From Octopus vulgaris (lineage: Eukaryota), in NCBI GenBank assembly GCA_951406725.2, contig OX597819.1:116932001-116996000 (forward strand): a stretch of 64,000 nucleotides of DNA. Reading direction: 5' to 3'. Below, piece after piece: positions 13,750 to 27,565 of the stretch. Every line of letters starts with the position of its first letter. Within the stretch, counting starts at the first letter, position 1. The notes below the pieces were generated by a model. It was not told where the DNA came from. It saw only the letters and a list, made by a program, of their open reading frames with translations, and made no database searches. A program made the translations under genes and the position numbers.

Positions 13750-14383
13750 TATTGACGGTTCGAATATGCTTGTGGCAAGCCGTAAGCAAGCCATTCCCTA
13801 TGCTAGCTATCCTACCCCGTATTCACAGCTAAGATATAATCCGTCAATGCTCATGTTTCGGCTAATCTTGAATAGGATTACATTCATATTTGTGTATAAT
13901 TTTTATATCGTTGGTATACAGTTTCTAACTCAGTAATGACTAATAAAAGCTGATCCAGAGTATGATACACACACACACATACACCCACACACACACACAG
14001 AGGCACACACGCATACACAAACAGAGACATGCGCGCGCGCACATGTTGAATCTTCTTTTTCCTTGTGTCTCCCTTATCTCCTCTCACCCCTTTCTGTCGA
14101 TGAACGTAGGCGCGCAAATTTAAAGACTTTTACATTCGGCTCGAGCGTCAAACAAATAAACCAGCATTTTCACTCACGTGTCTTTGACTTTATTCCGTAA
14201 ATATTAACGGTTCGAATATGCTTGTGGCAAGTTGAAACCCGTAAGCAAGACATTACCTATGCTAGCTCTCCTACCCCGTATTCACAGCTAAGATATAATC
14301 CGTCAATGCTCATGTTTCGGCTAATCTTGAATAGGATTACATCCATATTTGTGTATGATTTTTATATCGTTGGTATACAGTTT

Positions 14384-14389
<6 letters not shown>
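13750..14389 (+). repeat. Local direct duplication of ~180 bp (13750-13929 and 14202-14389)
   Basis: Near-identical text ACGGTTCGAATATGCTTGTGGCAAG...GGTATACAGTTTCTAACT, also visible in the two near-identical ORF translations. Confidence 0.95.
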
Positions 14390-14575
<186 letters not shown>

Positions 14576-14592
14576 TTACATTATTTACATTC

Positions 14593-14633
14593 GACGTTTC
14601 GGCTGCTATACCTTCCAACCTTCTTCAGGTGTC
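14593..14633 (-). ncRNA. Minimal type I hammerhead ribozyme motif, intact core, 3' strand of stem I lost
   Basis: Minus strand GACAC-CUGAAGA-A-GGUUG(GAAGGUAUAG)CAGCC-GAAAC-GUC. Confidence 0.7.
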
Positions 14634-14799
14634 TTGGAAAAACTTCGAACCTGGTTTCTCATGTTTTAGGTAATGAGCAATCCCTCTATTTTCACCGTAT
14701 GGATGGTAGGAATTGAAGTTGAGCTATTGTCCAGTATAGGATGGCTTGCAGTGTACGGATGTCCTGAATCCATACTCGGTGCGTTTTATTAATATGTCC

Positions 14800-14905
14800 A
14801 GGAATGCCAGGTTTACAAATAATAAGTACTGGGGTCAATTTGTTCGACTGAATTCGGTGCTCCAGCATGGCCGCATTCAAATGACTGAAACAAGTAAAAG
14901 AATAT
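14800..14905 (+). mobile_element. SINE family A tail fragment
   Basis: AATAAGTACTGGGGTC...GGTGCTCCAGCATGGCCGCA...TGACTGAAACAAGTAAAAGA. Confidence 0.8.
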
Positions 14906-14914
14906 ATAGTTCTA

Positions 14915-15300
14915 TATTTAAGACATGAGGAATTATGTACATTTGACATATATTTGTCCTCATCTTGTTTGTTTTTAACACAACGTTTCGACTGCTATAC
15001 TCTCCCCGCTTCATCATGTGTCTCGGGGAAATTTCGAATCTGGATTCACATCCCTAAGGTATTTTTCGATGTTATTATTATCATTATTTTTATTATTATT
15101 CATGTCACTGCTTGGAATCAAACTCTGAATGTTGGAGTTAGTTGTCCGCGCTCTTAACCACTACGGCATTTGCCCGTAGGCAATTATGGTGTGAATTTTA
15201 GAGCTTATAAATCTAATATTTTCCTATCCTTCCTTAATACAGGTTCCCAAATACTATTCATATCTGCATTCAGTCTGCTTAGGAGGTTTTTGTGTAGAAG
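14915..15300 (-). mobile_element. PLE-derived terminal module: ORF end, tRNA-like segment, hammerhead motif
   Basis: ORF end ...NSIWEPVLRKDRKILDL* (stop 15205-15207); A-box and B-box-like motifs in 15104-15175; hammerhead 14977-15022; paralogous to 14573-14670. Confidence 0.65.
14977..15022 (-). ncRNA. Minimal type I hammerhead motif, stem I intact, core and stem II mutated
   Basis: Minus strand GACAC-AUGAUGA-A-GCGGG(GAGAGUAUAG)CAGUC-GAAAC-GUU-GUGUU. Confidence 0.6.
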
Positions 15301-16129
15301 ATTATGGAATTATATAATCACGATAATTTCTACGAGCTTTGTTATTCGTTAGTGTACGTAACACATTCGCTAAATTGTATGCATTAATACAAAATATATT
15401 GCACTGGTTTACTTTTACCATTAAATATTTTGGTGTCACATTTTGATTGAAATCGGGTCAGCTGAAACTCGAGAATATCATGTGTTCTAAGATACGGATC
15501 TTACAACCCACATGGTTTAGCAGAGTTGCAGAGCGTAGAATCAATGAGTATTTGGTACTGAGCGGTGAATTCATACTTGAGGTGACAAGGTGTGTGGAAG
15601 ATTTTTACATCTGGAGAGGTAGTCTAATTCAGTTCAGCACAGACAATCGAAAACTGCGGTAGTGTAGGTACTGATACGGCATTGCAACGAAGTACTCACC
15701 CGTTAGAGAGTAAGTGAAGTGGAGGATATAGAATAAATCAATGGCCGAAACGTGGATGATATCATGTGTACTGCTGATCTTCCCTTGTTGACATGAAGAA
15801 TATTTACTACGAAATAGCCGTCAACTTACTGATATTACACTCCTCTGCAGTGTATTATTATGTGATATGTGGCGTATCTACTACAGGAGCTGTTTGTGAT
15901 TGCCACACAATTCTATGAATTCAAGTAGGGCATATTAAATTTACACACAGACACACGCACACACAGTCATATATATATATACTTACATTTATATGCATAT
16001 ATGAATATATATGAGTGCGCGTGTATACATATACATACATACATACATGCATATATATATATATATATATACATACATATATATTTATACATACACACAC
16101 CGGAAAAAATACTAAATATACATACACAA

Positions 16130-16153
16130 AGAGAGAGAGAGAGAGAGAGAGAT

Positions 16154-16217
<64 letters not shown>

Positions 16218-16218
16218 A
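16130..16218. repeat. (GA)n microsatellite
   Basis: Direct reading. Confidence 0.95.
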
Positions 16219-17600
16219 GAAGTGGGAAGTTAAACAGTCATATTTTTGTGACAAAGCAACTGATAAAATTGAAACAAACGATTCCAAAATTCGAGCCAGT
16301 GAATGCATATAATCATCAAATTAGTATAGAAAGTAAAGGCACTATGAAAAATATAGCTGCCAACAGATTCTTTATAAGAGAGTTCAATTGTCAACCAGCA
16401 AGACATATATAGAGCTCATCAGAAATAACACTTTCATAATCTGCAAACTTATTACTTATTTTGAATATATTAATCACAATGCAAAAGAACGACGCAAAAT
16501 ACATATGTGCCTGTAACAAATACGAACATTGTTTTTCCGTGTATGCAGTGAAAGGAAGTAATGTGACTAGTATTGAATTATACAGATCATATCCTTTATC
16601 AAAAAATTGGAAAGTACACAATCTGCAATTTCGGTTCAAAATATGTAGTTGATTATAGTAATTAATATTGCTTCAGATGATATCGTTTTGTTTATTATCG
16701 TTAGAATTACGATTCCAATCCTTGATATATTCGTTGAGTAATCTTTCGCAATCATACAGTACAGACGTTATTGTTTTTTGTTTTTTTGAACTGTTTTAAT
16801 TAATAGCAGTGATTTTTATTTTCACGCCATGGAAATTTTAAATGGATAGATTTACTTAAGATCCACAGTATAGTAATACGGGAGCTTTATAGCATAACTA
16901 TCTAAACTAACCAGGCAAAAGCTGTTTATAACAGTTCGTTAAAATCACAGAGTAAAATATGGCTCAAAAAGATTTTGCTATAAAACTCAATGTTTAATAC
17001 TCAACGACGCAGGCAAAATGCTATGTGGTTTAGGAAGAAATATGCATGTCATTACATGTATGTTTGTTTTGACTAAACAAGAATTCTTAATTATATGAAC
17101 AGAGCGAAGTTATTTCAAATAAATCTTACTGACTAAACAAATAGCCAAACCATTCTCTAAAGAAAACCTAAGAACTGCTGAAGTAGTATGTAATTGCTTT
17201 TCAAAATAAAAATTTACTGTCCTTTAAATCCACTTATATCCGAATAAAAACAAGTGAACATAGACATTAAAACGCTATGAGATATCATCTGATATGCAAC
17301 CGATTACTGAGAATATTTCTTTTGTACTGTCACTGAGAATGAAAACTTAATACTACAATGAGAGAATAGTATTCAAATAAACTTATATATCAGTAAAAAC
17401 ATACCAACTCCAACGAAGTTACGAAGCCTAATGAATGTCTATGTACAATACAACAACTGGCAACAATGCAAAAATGTTGCATTGGATTTTAAAAATAAGA
17501 ATGTAGAAGATGGAATAATGTCTTTGAGAATATTCGTAAGAAGATTGAATTGATTGAGCAAAAGCGAATAGAATATATAAATGTGTGTGTGTGAGTGTGA

Positions 17601-17642
<42 letters not shown>

Positions 17643-17805
17643 GTTTTTTCCTTCTTTCTTCAAATTTTCTTCCGTTTCTCGCCGAGTGTTTTCCATACAC
17701 CTAGGGCAGAGAAGGGCATTGTATGCATTCCCAGATTACACGCGCAAATTCACAGGTAAAATATGTATTTAAAAATTGATAAATAAATAAATTCATGGAT
17801 AGATG

Positions 17806-17833
17806 TATTATTATTATTATTATTATTATTATG

Positions 17834-17917
<84 letters not shown>

Positions 17918-17930
17918 TTTTTTTTTTTTT
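17806..17930. repeat. (TTA)n microsatellite plus poly-T; a shorter (TTA)n lies at 17601-17642
   Basis: Direct reading. Confidence 0.95.
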
Positions 17931-18070
17931 AAATTTATTTTTGAAATGTCAAACATTCCTGTTCATGATATAAGGAAGTGAAAATTTCAATAGCTGTCAT
18001 GAGAAAATTACGTATGTCTGGTCACCTTATTATATGACCAGCTTAAGATGTGTGCAGACCAGCCACCGGA

Positions 18071-18143
18071 TGCCGAAACCCGGGATTGAACCAGGGACCT
18101 TTAGATCTTCAGTCTAACGCTCTCCCAACTGAGCTATTTCGGC
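18071..18143 (-). tRNA. trnF-GAA: tRNA-Phe (GAA), 73 nt, intronless
   Basis: GCCGAAATAGCTCAGTTGGGAGAGCGTTAGACTGAAGATCTAAAGGTCCCTGGTTCAATCCCGGGTTTCGGCA gives a full cloverleaf matching the canonical metazoan cytosolic tRNA-Phe. Confidence 0.97.
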
Positions 18144-18145
18144 TG

Positions 18146-18482
18146 GTGGAGGCGCATGGCTCAGTGGTTAGAGCGTCGAGCTTACGATCGTGAGGTTGTG
18201 AGCTCGAATCCCGGACCGGGCTGCGTGTTGTGTTCTTGAACAAGGCACTTTATTTCACGTTGCTCCAGTTCACTCAGCTGTAGAAATGAGTTGCGACGTC
18301 ACTGGTGCCATGCTGTATCGACCTTTGTCTTTCCCTTGGATAACACTGGTGGCGTGGAGAGGGGAGGCTGGTATGCATGGGCGACTGCTGGTCTTCCATA
18401 AACAACCTTGCCCGGACTTGTGTCTAGGAGGGTAACTTTCTAGGTGCAATCCCATGGTCATTCATGACCGAAGGGGGTCTTT
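18146..18482 (+). mobile_element. tRNA-derived SINE (family B) with RTE-like tail
   Basis: A box TGGCTCAGTGG and B box GCTCGAATCC; central CTTGAACAAGGCACTTT...TTGCTCCAGTTCACTCAGCTG; tail shared with 33890-34015. Confidence 0.88.
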
Positions 18483-18954
18483 TTAAGATTTGTGAAATGA
18501 ATTTTGGTTACACAAATCTGGAAGATTCTTGAGTTTAAAGCGAAGTTCTTGCTGCAGCTTTTCCATTAGTGATTAAAAACATTAATTTCATTTTATGTTT
18601 GTATTCATCTTCGAATCCCTAATTCACCTTTTAATATTTAATCACTTCTTGAACATCCATTTAAAAAAAAAAAAATAATCCGATTGATATTGTTATTTAG
18701 ACATATGTCCAAACATAAATATTATTACACTCACAATTTTCAGACTCAATAAATATAGAAGCGTATTAACCTGTTTAACTTTCCAATAAAGTGGCATGGT
18801 GTAGATCGATAGAGAAAACTTGTTACCAACAAGAACGATCGTGACTGGTCGTTTTATATCGCTTTCTTTTTGAAGAGGCACAAAGTCCCAGAACGGTTAA
18901 TTATTTTAGTAGAGCGGTAACATTCCAATTATAAATGCAAATGATATGTTTTTT

Positions 18955-19266
18955 TATTTATTTAATTGCCATTTTCAATCCTAGCCAGGCTCATGGGCCC
19001 AGTTTCTCGGTTTCTATCGCGTATATGTTCCCCCCTCCCAGCTGGACGGGACGCCAGTCCATCGCAGCTTTACTCAAGAAACAGGAAGAAAGAGTGAGAG
19101 AAAGTTGGGGCGAAAGAGTACAACAGGGTTCGCCACCGCCCCCTGGCGGAGCCTCGTGGGGCTTTTAGGTGTTTTCGCTCAATAAACACACACAACGCCC
19201 CGGTCTGGGAATCGAAACCGCGATCGTCCGACCGCGAGTCCGCTGGCCTAACTACTGGGCCATTGC
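18955..19266 (-). mobile_element. tRNA-derived SINE (family C) with V-domain-like centre
   Basis: Head TGGCCCAGTAGTTAGG...GTTTCGATTCC shared with 34270-34342; CTGCGATGGACTGGCGTCCCGTCCAG resembles the V-SINE domain. Confidence 0.8.
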
Positions 19267-19995
19267 AAAACTGAAATATGTAAATTTCATCCGTTACGTT
19301 TGCTTCATGCGCCAAACAAATAAAAATGATTCCTCAGTATTTCATTATGTCCTTACAAAATTTAGCAACAAAAGGCTTGGTAAAAAATCGAAATGCTAGA
19401 AATAGCAATCTAAATGTTAATCAACTAAATATTTATTTTAAAATTATGTATTTCATGAAGTAGTTATGATTACCTGTCCATTAGTAGAATATCATAAATA
19501 TATTGAATTGGGATCCAACTACGGCAAAAGTATATCAATAGTGAATAATCTCAAAATAAGTCATAAACATAACACACTAGCAACTAGACAGGAACATCTT
19601 AGAAAGCAACATCCTGCGTTCCTATCACACATGTAGACGGACCAAAACGGAGAAGATGTATAACAGCTTGAAAGAATAAATATTAACAAGAAGATGCATG
19701 ATGTATATAACTATATAAAATCAGACTTCACTAAATGAACATTGAGCTCCAATAGAAATTTCAACAGCAGAGATGACTGTGAAAAACTTGAAAGTGTGAA
19801 TTGCATGTAGAAACGTTACCAGAAACGGCCGGGAGTGATAAGGAAACGCAAACCAAACAAAGTAAATACATAAAATTCGTAAATACAACAAATAAAGTAA
19901 ATACATGACATTTGAATGCAAACTTCATTTATAATGATTATAAAACACTGCATTTACATACGTATATACGCACCAATATATACATGCATACATAC

Positions 19996-20058
<63 letters not shown>

Positions 20059-20259
20059 GTATATGTATATACATTTATATATACATGTGTTTATGTGCGT
20101 GTGTATTTTGTATGTTTCTGTGTATGCCGATTCTTGTAGACTGAAGATATTCTAAAACACATATATTCTTATATGTAAATAAACACATATATGCAGTATA
20201 TATAAATATGCATACATGCATATATACATACTCACACATATATGCATATATACAAACAC

Positions 20260-20303
<44 letters not shown>

Positions 20304-20859
20304 ATATATATAAATATATACATTTATATATGCTATATACATGTGTAGTCGTGTTTCAACATGTTCACAAAAAATAAAACGAAATTAATATTTATTTGGA
20401 TATGTACATTTGTATGTCTATATATGTGGTTGTATATGCATTTGTGCGCTAATGTATTCGATGAGGAATGAAAAAACAAAACAAAACAAAAACAAAAAAC
20501 AAAATGGACTCTTTCTGTTTTACTTCAAAACCAGAGATGTAAATTACAAATATGACAATAAACGTCAATCTATACGGAGACACCATAATTTAATATAGGT
20601 TTTTAATCAAATATAAGCTATATAATATTGCCTTATTGGCGCCTTTAAAACAAGTTACTTAACAACTTACCAGAAGTCCAGAAAATACATCATTATTTTC
20701 TTGCCAACTTTTACAAGTTTGCGATTTAATATCTTATAACATGAATATTGCCCGTAATTAAAGTGGTTCAATGAACTGTCTTCCTTTCATATAACACTAC
20801 TTGCGGTAAATTTAATGGTGTCTATTTTACATACACAGACACGCGCACAGGAAGAAACA

Positions 20860-21050
<191 letters not shown>

Positions 21051-21685
21051 TTATATAAATGCACACACACATACACACTCACAAAATCACACACATATGC
21101 AATGTTGTGTGTGTGGTTCTGTGTCTGTTTATACATTAACACCTACGGGAGAAGTTGAGATATTCCATCTAATGTAACATTGAAAACATTTCTAATTTAG
21201 TCGACCTCAAAGCCCAATGGATGTTTGCCTTTTTTTTACTTGAAAATTCATGTTCTTTTTGTTCGGCTATCATAATTTAATAAAATTATAAACTATTTTA
21301 AGCTATCTTGACGGAAGGCAATGCAGCTCTTTCTAATGAAACAGAGCAAAAGAACAAATTATGTCGGATACATAGGAAATTAACCACGGTCGGATACAAT
21401 AAGGATGTGACACAAAATCTATTGGAAAATTTAGGATTAAATACAAAATAGAGGGAATTAGTAAGACGAAGGGGATCGATTATCGGACTGTTGTTTCTAT
21501 GTGTTATTCTTGGAGAAAAGTAAATCAAACGTAGTTCCTAAAATATCACCTCTTTCGGAACTTATAACTGGAACAGTAGCAAATCTAGGATTTTTCGCCG
21601 AGGTGAGGCACCTTCAACTGGCTGGACGTCTATTATTAATGAATGCTACCTACAAATATATTTATTGAAGAGTTTATGTAGAATA

Positions 21686-21842
21686 AGGAGTGGATGTGTG
21701 GTAAGTAGCTTGCTAACCAACCACATGGTTCCGCGTTCAGTCCCACTGCGTGGCATCTTGGGCAAGTGTCTTCTGCTATAGCTCCGGGCCGACCAATGCC
21801 TTGTGAGTGGATTTGGTAGACGGAAACTGAAAGAAGCCTGTC

Positions 21843-21892
<50 letters not shown>

Positions 21893-22110
21893 TTGTGTGT
21901 CTGTGTTTGTCCCCCTAGCATTGCTTGACAACCGATGCTGGTGTGTTTACGTCCCCGTAACTTAGCGGTTCGGCAAAAGAGACCGATAGAATAAATACTG
22001 GGCTTACAACAAATAAGTCCCGAGGTCGATTTGCTCGACTAAAGGCGGTGCTCCAGCATGGCCGCAGTCAAATGACTGAAACAAGTAAAAGAGAGTAAAA
22101 GAGTAAGAGA
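21686..22110 (+). mobile_element. SINE family A, full length, with internal (TA)n(TG)n
   Basis: tRNA-like head, CTTGGGCAAG core, LINE-like 3' stem-loop, (GTAAAAGA)n tail; multiple copies in the window. Confidence 0.92.
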
Positions 22111-22759
22111 TACAGGAGAAAGAAAATCTTACGGAAGTAAATACGAATTTTGTTATATCATGTTCTGTAAATATACAATACAGATATCGCACCGTCCCTA
22201 ACATAGTCTGTCTTAGCAACTCAAATATACTGCAAGACTCTAATGATCATAACGTTATGTAATTCCATATTTGAGATTACACAACGTATAAGACATAAGT
22301 ATTAAGTAGTTTTAGTTTAATCGATTCTGTTTACATAGATATAAAGCAGATTATAATGATGAGTGAGCGGCAGATTTATATCTGTTGCTGGCGAAACATG
22401 TGACCTACAGTTCCCAGGTTTATTTTAGCATTTGTTACTTAGTATGCCTTTATAGCTATACGTTTGCTAGAATAGAAATTCGTAGGGCATTAATTCCAAA
22501 ACTTAAGCCGCAGTCACACACAAAAAAGGACACGCGCACTCAAATACAAACATACACTCACAAGCACACGCGCTCACACACACGCACGCACACACATATT
22601 CACACACACACATGTATAAGAGGTTTTCTCATAGGGATAACTTTCCACTTCTGCCAGCGAGTGTCGCCGTCGAGAACATTAAACCAGCGAAGAACAATTC
22701 TTAAAATCCGTTAACTTCACAATATAAATAAGTTGCATGTGGTATACACTTCCATCAGA

Positions 22760-23000
22760 CTCTCATGCTTATGAACGTGTACTTGTCCCACAAGAAGCTG
22801 TCAGGTCGTTTGATTATTAGAGGTATTTCGACAAAGAAGGCTTCGATGGTTTACGCGGTACAATAGTTACATGTTTCAGTATTTCGATCGAGCGTTCTCA
22901 AGCTCATCCCTTTGGAAGCAGATTCATCATGGAATTCCTTGATGTACAACAATTGTCACTATTATTTGGATGCTTTACGGACTTTGGTGTATGACATTGG
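22760..23000 (-). pseudogene. Possible highly decayed PLE endonuclease end
   Basis: Frameshifted translation with WD...LDRNTE...KTIEAFF resembles the GIY-YIG C-terminus. Confidence 0.3.
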
Positions 23001-23514
23001 GTGTTAAAACTGTCTGAAATTCTCTGTCATAACTATTTATGCTTTTTGCCAAGTACTATGTTTGCAGAGGTCATTGGTGGATATTGTCCGTGATTTGGGA
23101 TAACACTTGTTTGCGAAGGGAACGGCATGCAACGATAAATTCAATTCTCACTGTGATAGGTAAAATTTTGATTGAAACATCAATTTTAATGTAATTACCC
23201 GAAACATAATAAACCCCATATATCAATTGCGGCATTATTAACTGAAATTATCACACTTTAATGATCGCATTTTAATGCAGATATTCACGGAAGTAGTTCC
23301 TATGAATGTACTGTGGTAAATGATATAAATATTTCAGTAACAAACGAAAACCATCAGGCAGTGGCCATCAGAAAACAAATGGCGCATTTCTGGCCTTTTT
23401 TTTCACACGGTTTTTGCTGTAAATATAAAGGTACAAGTATGCATTGTCAGTATGGTTAATCTCTCATTCTGGTAACGTGTCTTACTATTTAAATGTTCCA
23501 CTTTTCTTAACAAC

Positions 23515-23679
23515 GGTGCAGGAGTGGCTGTGTGGTAAGTAGCTTGCTTACCAACCGCATGGTTCCGGATTGAGTTCTGCTGCGTGGCACTTTGGGTAAG
23601 TGTCGTCTACAATAGCATCGAACCGACTAAAGCCTTCTGAGTGGATTTGGTAGACGGAAACTGAAAGAAGCCCGTCATA

Positions 23680-23725
<46 letters not shown>

Positions 23726-23940
23726 TATGTGTATATGTTTGTGTGCCTGAGCGTGTCACCCCAACATCGCTTGACAACTGATGCTGGTGTGTTTACGTCT
23801 CCGTAACCTAGCGATGTGATAAAAGAGACGATGGAAGAAGTAATAGGCTTACAGACAATTAAGTCCTGGTGTCGATTTGCTCAAATAAGGCGGTGCTCTA
23901 GCATCGCCACAGTCAAATGAGTGAAACAAGTAAGAGAATA
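23515..23940 (+). mobile_element. SINE family A, full length, diverged
   Basis: Colinear with 21686-22110. Confidence 0.9.
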
Positions 23941-24616
23941 TGATAATACGACGTTAATGATACTTTTGATAACTGGTAATGAATGACGTTTACAACATTA
24001 GAACTGTTAACGAAATTGTTGTTATGATGATTGTTATCATGATCATGATGATCATTTTCATTATCATAAGGATTCTTATCCCATTCTTTATGATGAGTTA
24101 ACGTTTTATGTAAAAGAACGCTATACTTGATCATAAAGATATTTTGTAAAATAATAACCGTATTGATTCAGCAAATATTGTCTAATTTTGGAAGAAGTGG
24201 TATTGCCAAGATGATTCAGTACACGAACGAATATTACGTTATTAATTACAGAGTAACAAGAAAAAGAAGTCAAAACACGTTACATCGAGAGAAAATTCAA
24301 GAATGCAATGTAGAATCTTATAGTTTATTCAATTATATGCAAATTGAACATTGTCTTCGAAAGCAGAAATATTATTTGCTAATATCGTGGTTGATTGCAG
24401 TATAAAATGAGTATTTCTGTGGAGGTAAGTAATTTATAAGGATACGCATACACATACACATATACAGAAACATTTATGCATATAAGTAGTATGCATTTAA
24501 GTTTGTAAGTGTAAACGAGTGCGTATAACTTGACCGATTAAGCATGTAACAAGCTGGAATTAATCATTCACTTACCTGAATCTGTCACTATGATTAATTT
24601 CAGTGTCTGGTTAAAT

Positions 24617-24850
<234 letters not shown>

Positions 24851-24931
24851 TTTTATACATATCTCCACACGAACACATACCCACTCATTTATCTACATGT
24901 ACAAATACTTTCATACGAAAATATGTGCGTG

Positions 24932-25003
<72 letters not shown>

Positions 25004-25014
25004 ATATTTATATG

Positions 25015-25078
<64 letters not shown>

Positions 25079-25453
25079 TGTAAACACACACACGCAGATA
25101 TATATAGAGAGAGATTGACAGATTGATACATACAGGCAGACAGTATTATGAAAATGCATATAATACCATACAAGAATGTACGGCATATGTCTACGTACAT
25201 ACACACACGCACAGGTGTGTATGTATGTATATATACATACATATTGTTTGTGCCTACCAACATGTGCGTGTATGTGTGAGTCCACTTGCTTGTGCTTGCG
25301 TGTGAGCAACTGTTTAATACCTATGTCTGTCCTTGTTTGTCCCCTCTGTGTTTAGCCCCTTGTGGGTAATAAAGAAATAGGTACATGTCAGTTCATATAC
25401 AATATATATTTATATATATATATATATCTATACACACACACACACACATATAG

Positions 25454-25486
<33 letters not shown>

Positions 25487-25898
25487 AACAAATATATATA
25501 TATATACATATATATACATATACACACATATATACATATATATATTCAGAGATTATATTCCTTACAGCGCTCACTGTTTTCCTCTGGTTTTGTTTTAACG
25601 ACCCTCCATATATGTTTTCGTCCGGTTTCCTTTTATATTTCCACTGTCATGTTTTTGTTAACAAATTTCACCCTCCATAAATCCTAAATTTCATGGGAAC
25701 AACTCTCTTTCAAAACTTATATTGTCATTGAATGCTCGAAATGAGGAGCAGATAAACAGTCGACATCTGATGAAGGTTCGTTCTTTGTGTTTTTTGTCCT
25801 GTTTTCCATTTTGACTCTCCTCGTGTTTTTGCGTATTTAACTCGTTGTTTTCACACTTCGTGGTGGTTACATATTTGGTGACGCCCTGTACCTATATA

Positions 25899-25944
<46 letters not shown>

Positions 25945-25960
25945 CGCCGCTATATATATT

Positions 25961-26226
25961 ATATGTAGAAAAATACAAATTGGGACAAGAACGTAAAACA
26001 TTTAGAAGACGATACAAAAAAACACGGACGGTACATTCGAAGCCTTCAATCTCGGCTGATTAATCTCAAGATTTCGGCTGATTAATCTTGAGATTAATCA
26101 GCCGAAATTGCGAGGATGATCTAGTTCTTGACTAAAGATTGAAGGCTACGAATGTGCCGTCCGTCTTTTTTGTATCGTCTTCTAAATGTTTTACGCTCTT
26201 GTCCTAGTTTGTTTTTTTCAACATAT
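25961..26226. mobile_element. Palindromic (fold-back/MITE-like) element in (TA)n
   Basis: ~90 bp imperfect inverted arms at 25961-26052 and 26136-26226; inner perfect 18 bp inverted repeat at 26071-26108. Confidence 0.85.
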
Positions 26227-26329
26227 AATATATATATTTATATCTGTTTGTTTGTCTGTCTGTCTGTCTCTCTATCTATCTGTCTATATATAAGTAAGAA
26301 AATTTAGTTTTGTTTGCACCAAAGATTAG

Positions 26330-26730
26330 ATTGATGCAGGTTATGTCTAACAATAGGTCCACCTGATAGGATTATCTAAACCCTTATACATGTCAGGTTT
26401 GGTGTATCGAGTAGGGAGTTCTTTTTGAGTGAGTTACATCCAAGTATAAGTGGCTTAACTACTATTCCTTGAAAATATTTGTCAAAGTTCCGTTTTAAAG
26501 TAATGGGTCTCTTAAGGAAAAGAAATTGCAGTGCATTTATGTGTTACCGTGTATTTATGATCTTAGATTGGATACGGGAGGTATAGCCTGTTGTCCTAGC
26601 CTTAGATAAATTTTGATGCTAATGTTGAGGTCTTATGGTCAATGCTGGTGTTATATTCTCCACATCGTGCAAATGATGTGTCGCTCACGGCGGCGCTGGA
26701 GCGGTTACAGTTTCAGTGATTTAAGGTGGT
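26330..26730 (-). pseudogene. Decayed CR1/L2-type LINE ORF2 C-terminal fragment
   Basis: LNYWDHLKSLKL*PLQRRRERHIICTMWRI aligns by eye with IRYWERLKRLKLYSLKRRRERYAIIYIWKI of the 1.5-4.1 kb LINE. Confidence 0.8.
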
Positions 26731-27128
26731 CCCAATAATTGAGATCAGTTATATATATATATCAATTATAGATGGATATGTATATATATATTTATACATA
26801 CATCCGTATATAACCATGTATTTAAGTGATAAATATCAATCACATTATCAGTTTACATGGAAGCCTAATGACTATTTGAAATTTATAGAAATATATGCAC
26901 GTGTATAATGGTCGAATATTTCATATATAAATGAATGTCAAAATATATTTACATATAATATTGTAATATTGCTTTACATGCATAATATTCATACGCAGGC
27001 ACGTATATGTACGTAATGCCATATATAAAGTATAGGGTTTGCTTGCAGAAGCAAACACACGTATTATATAAACATATCTATACCTATATTTATGCATGTA
27101 TGTATGTATGTATGTATCTATCTATCTT

Positions 27129-27279
<151 letters not shown>

Positions 27280-27522
27280 GCAAATGCATTTACATATATT
27301 TGCGATTGAGGCTATAGATATCTGTACATTCGTAATTTAAAGCAATCATATATGTACACGCAAGCATCTCTTTCTTTCTCTCTGTCTATCCAGCTGAATA
27401 ATTACACACACACACATGCATGCATCATACATACATACACACGTACGTACATACATACATACATACCTGTATACTTACATATATATATATATATACATAC
27501 ATATATATGTACACATACACAT

Positions 27523-27565
<43 letters not shown>

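Noticed and set aside
15104-15175. tRNA-like segment as a real tRNA gene
   Set aside because: A and B boxes only; acceptor and anticodon stems do not pair
18144-18148. CACCA directly before the tRNA 5' end on the minus strand, suggesting a circularised mature tRNA junction
   Set aside because: Most of these bases are the normal SINE start (compare 34335-34342), leaving only 2 informative nucleotides
25767-25800. CTGATGA hammerhead core in a TA-flanked repeat
   Set aside because: No stem II or downstream GAAA
26099-26148. Type II hammerhead-like arrangement (AGCC-GAAA...CTAAAGA...GGCT) in the palindromic element
   Set aside because: Core mutated, cleavage triplet not NUH, and no convincing stem I
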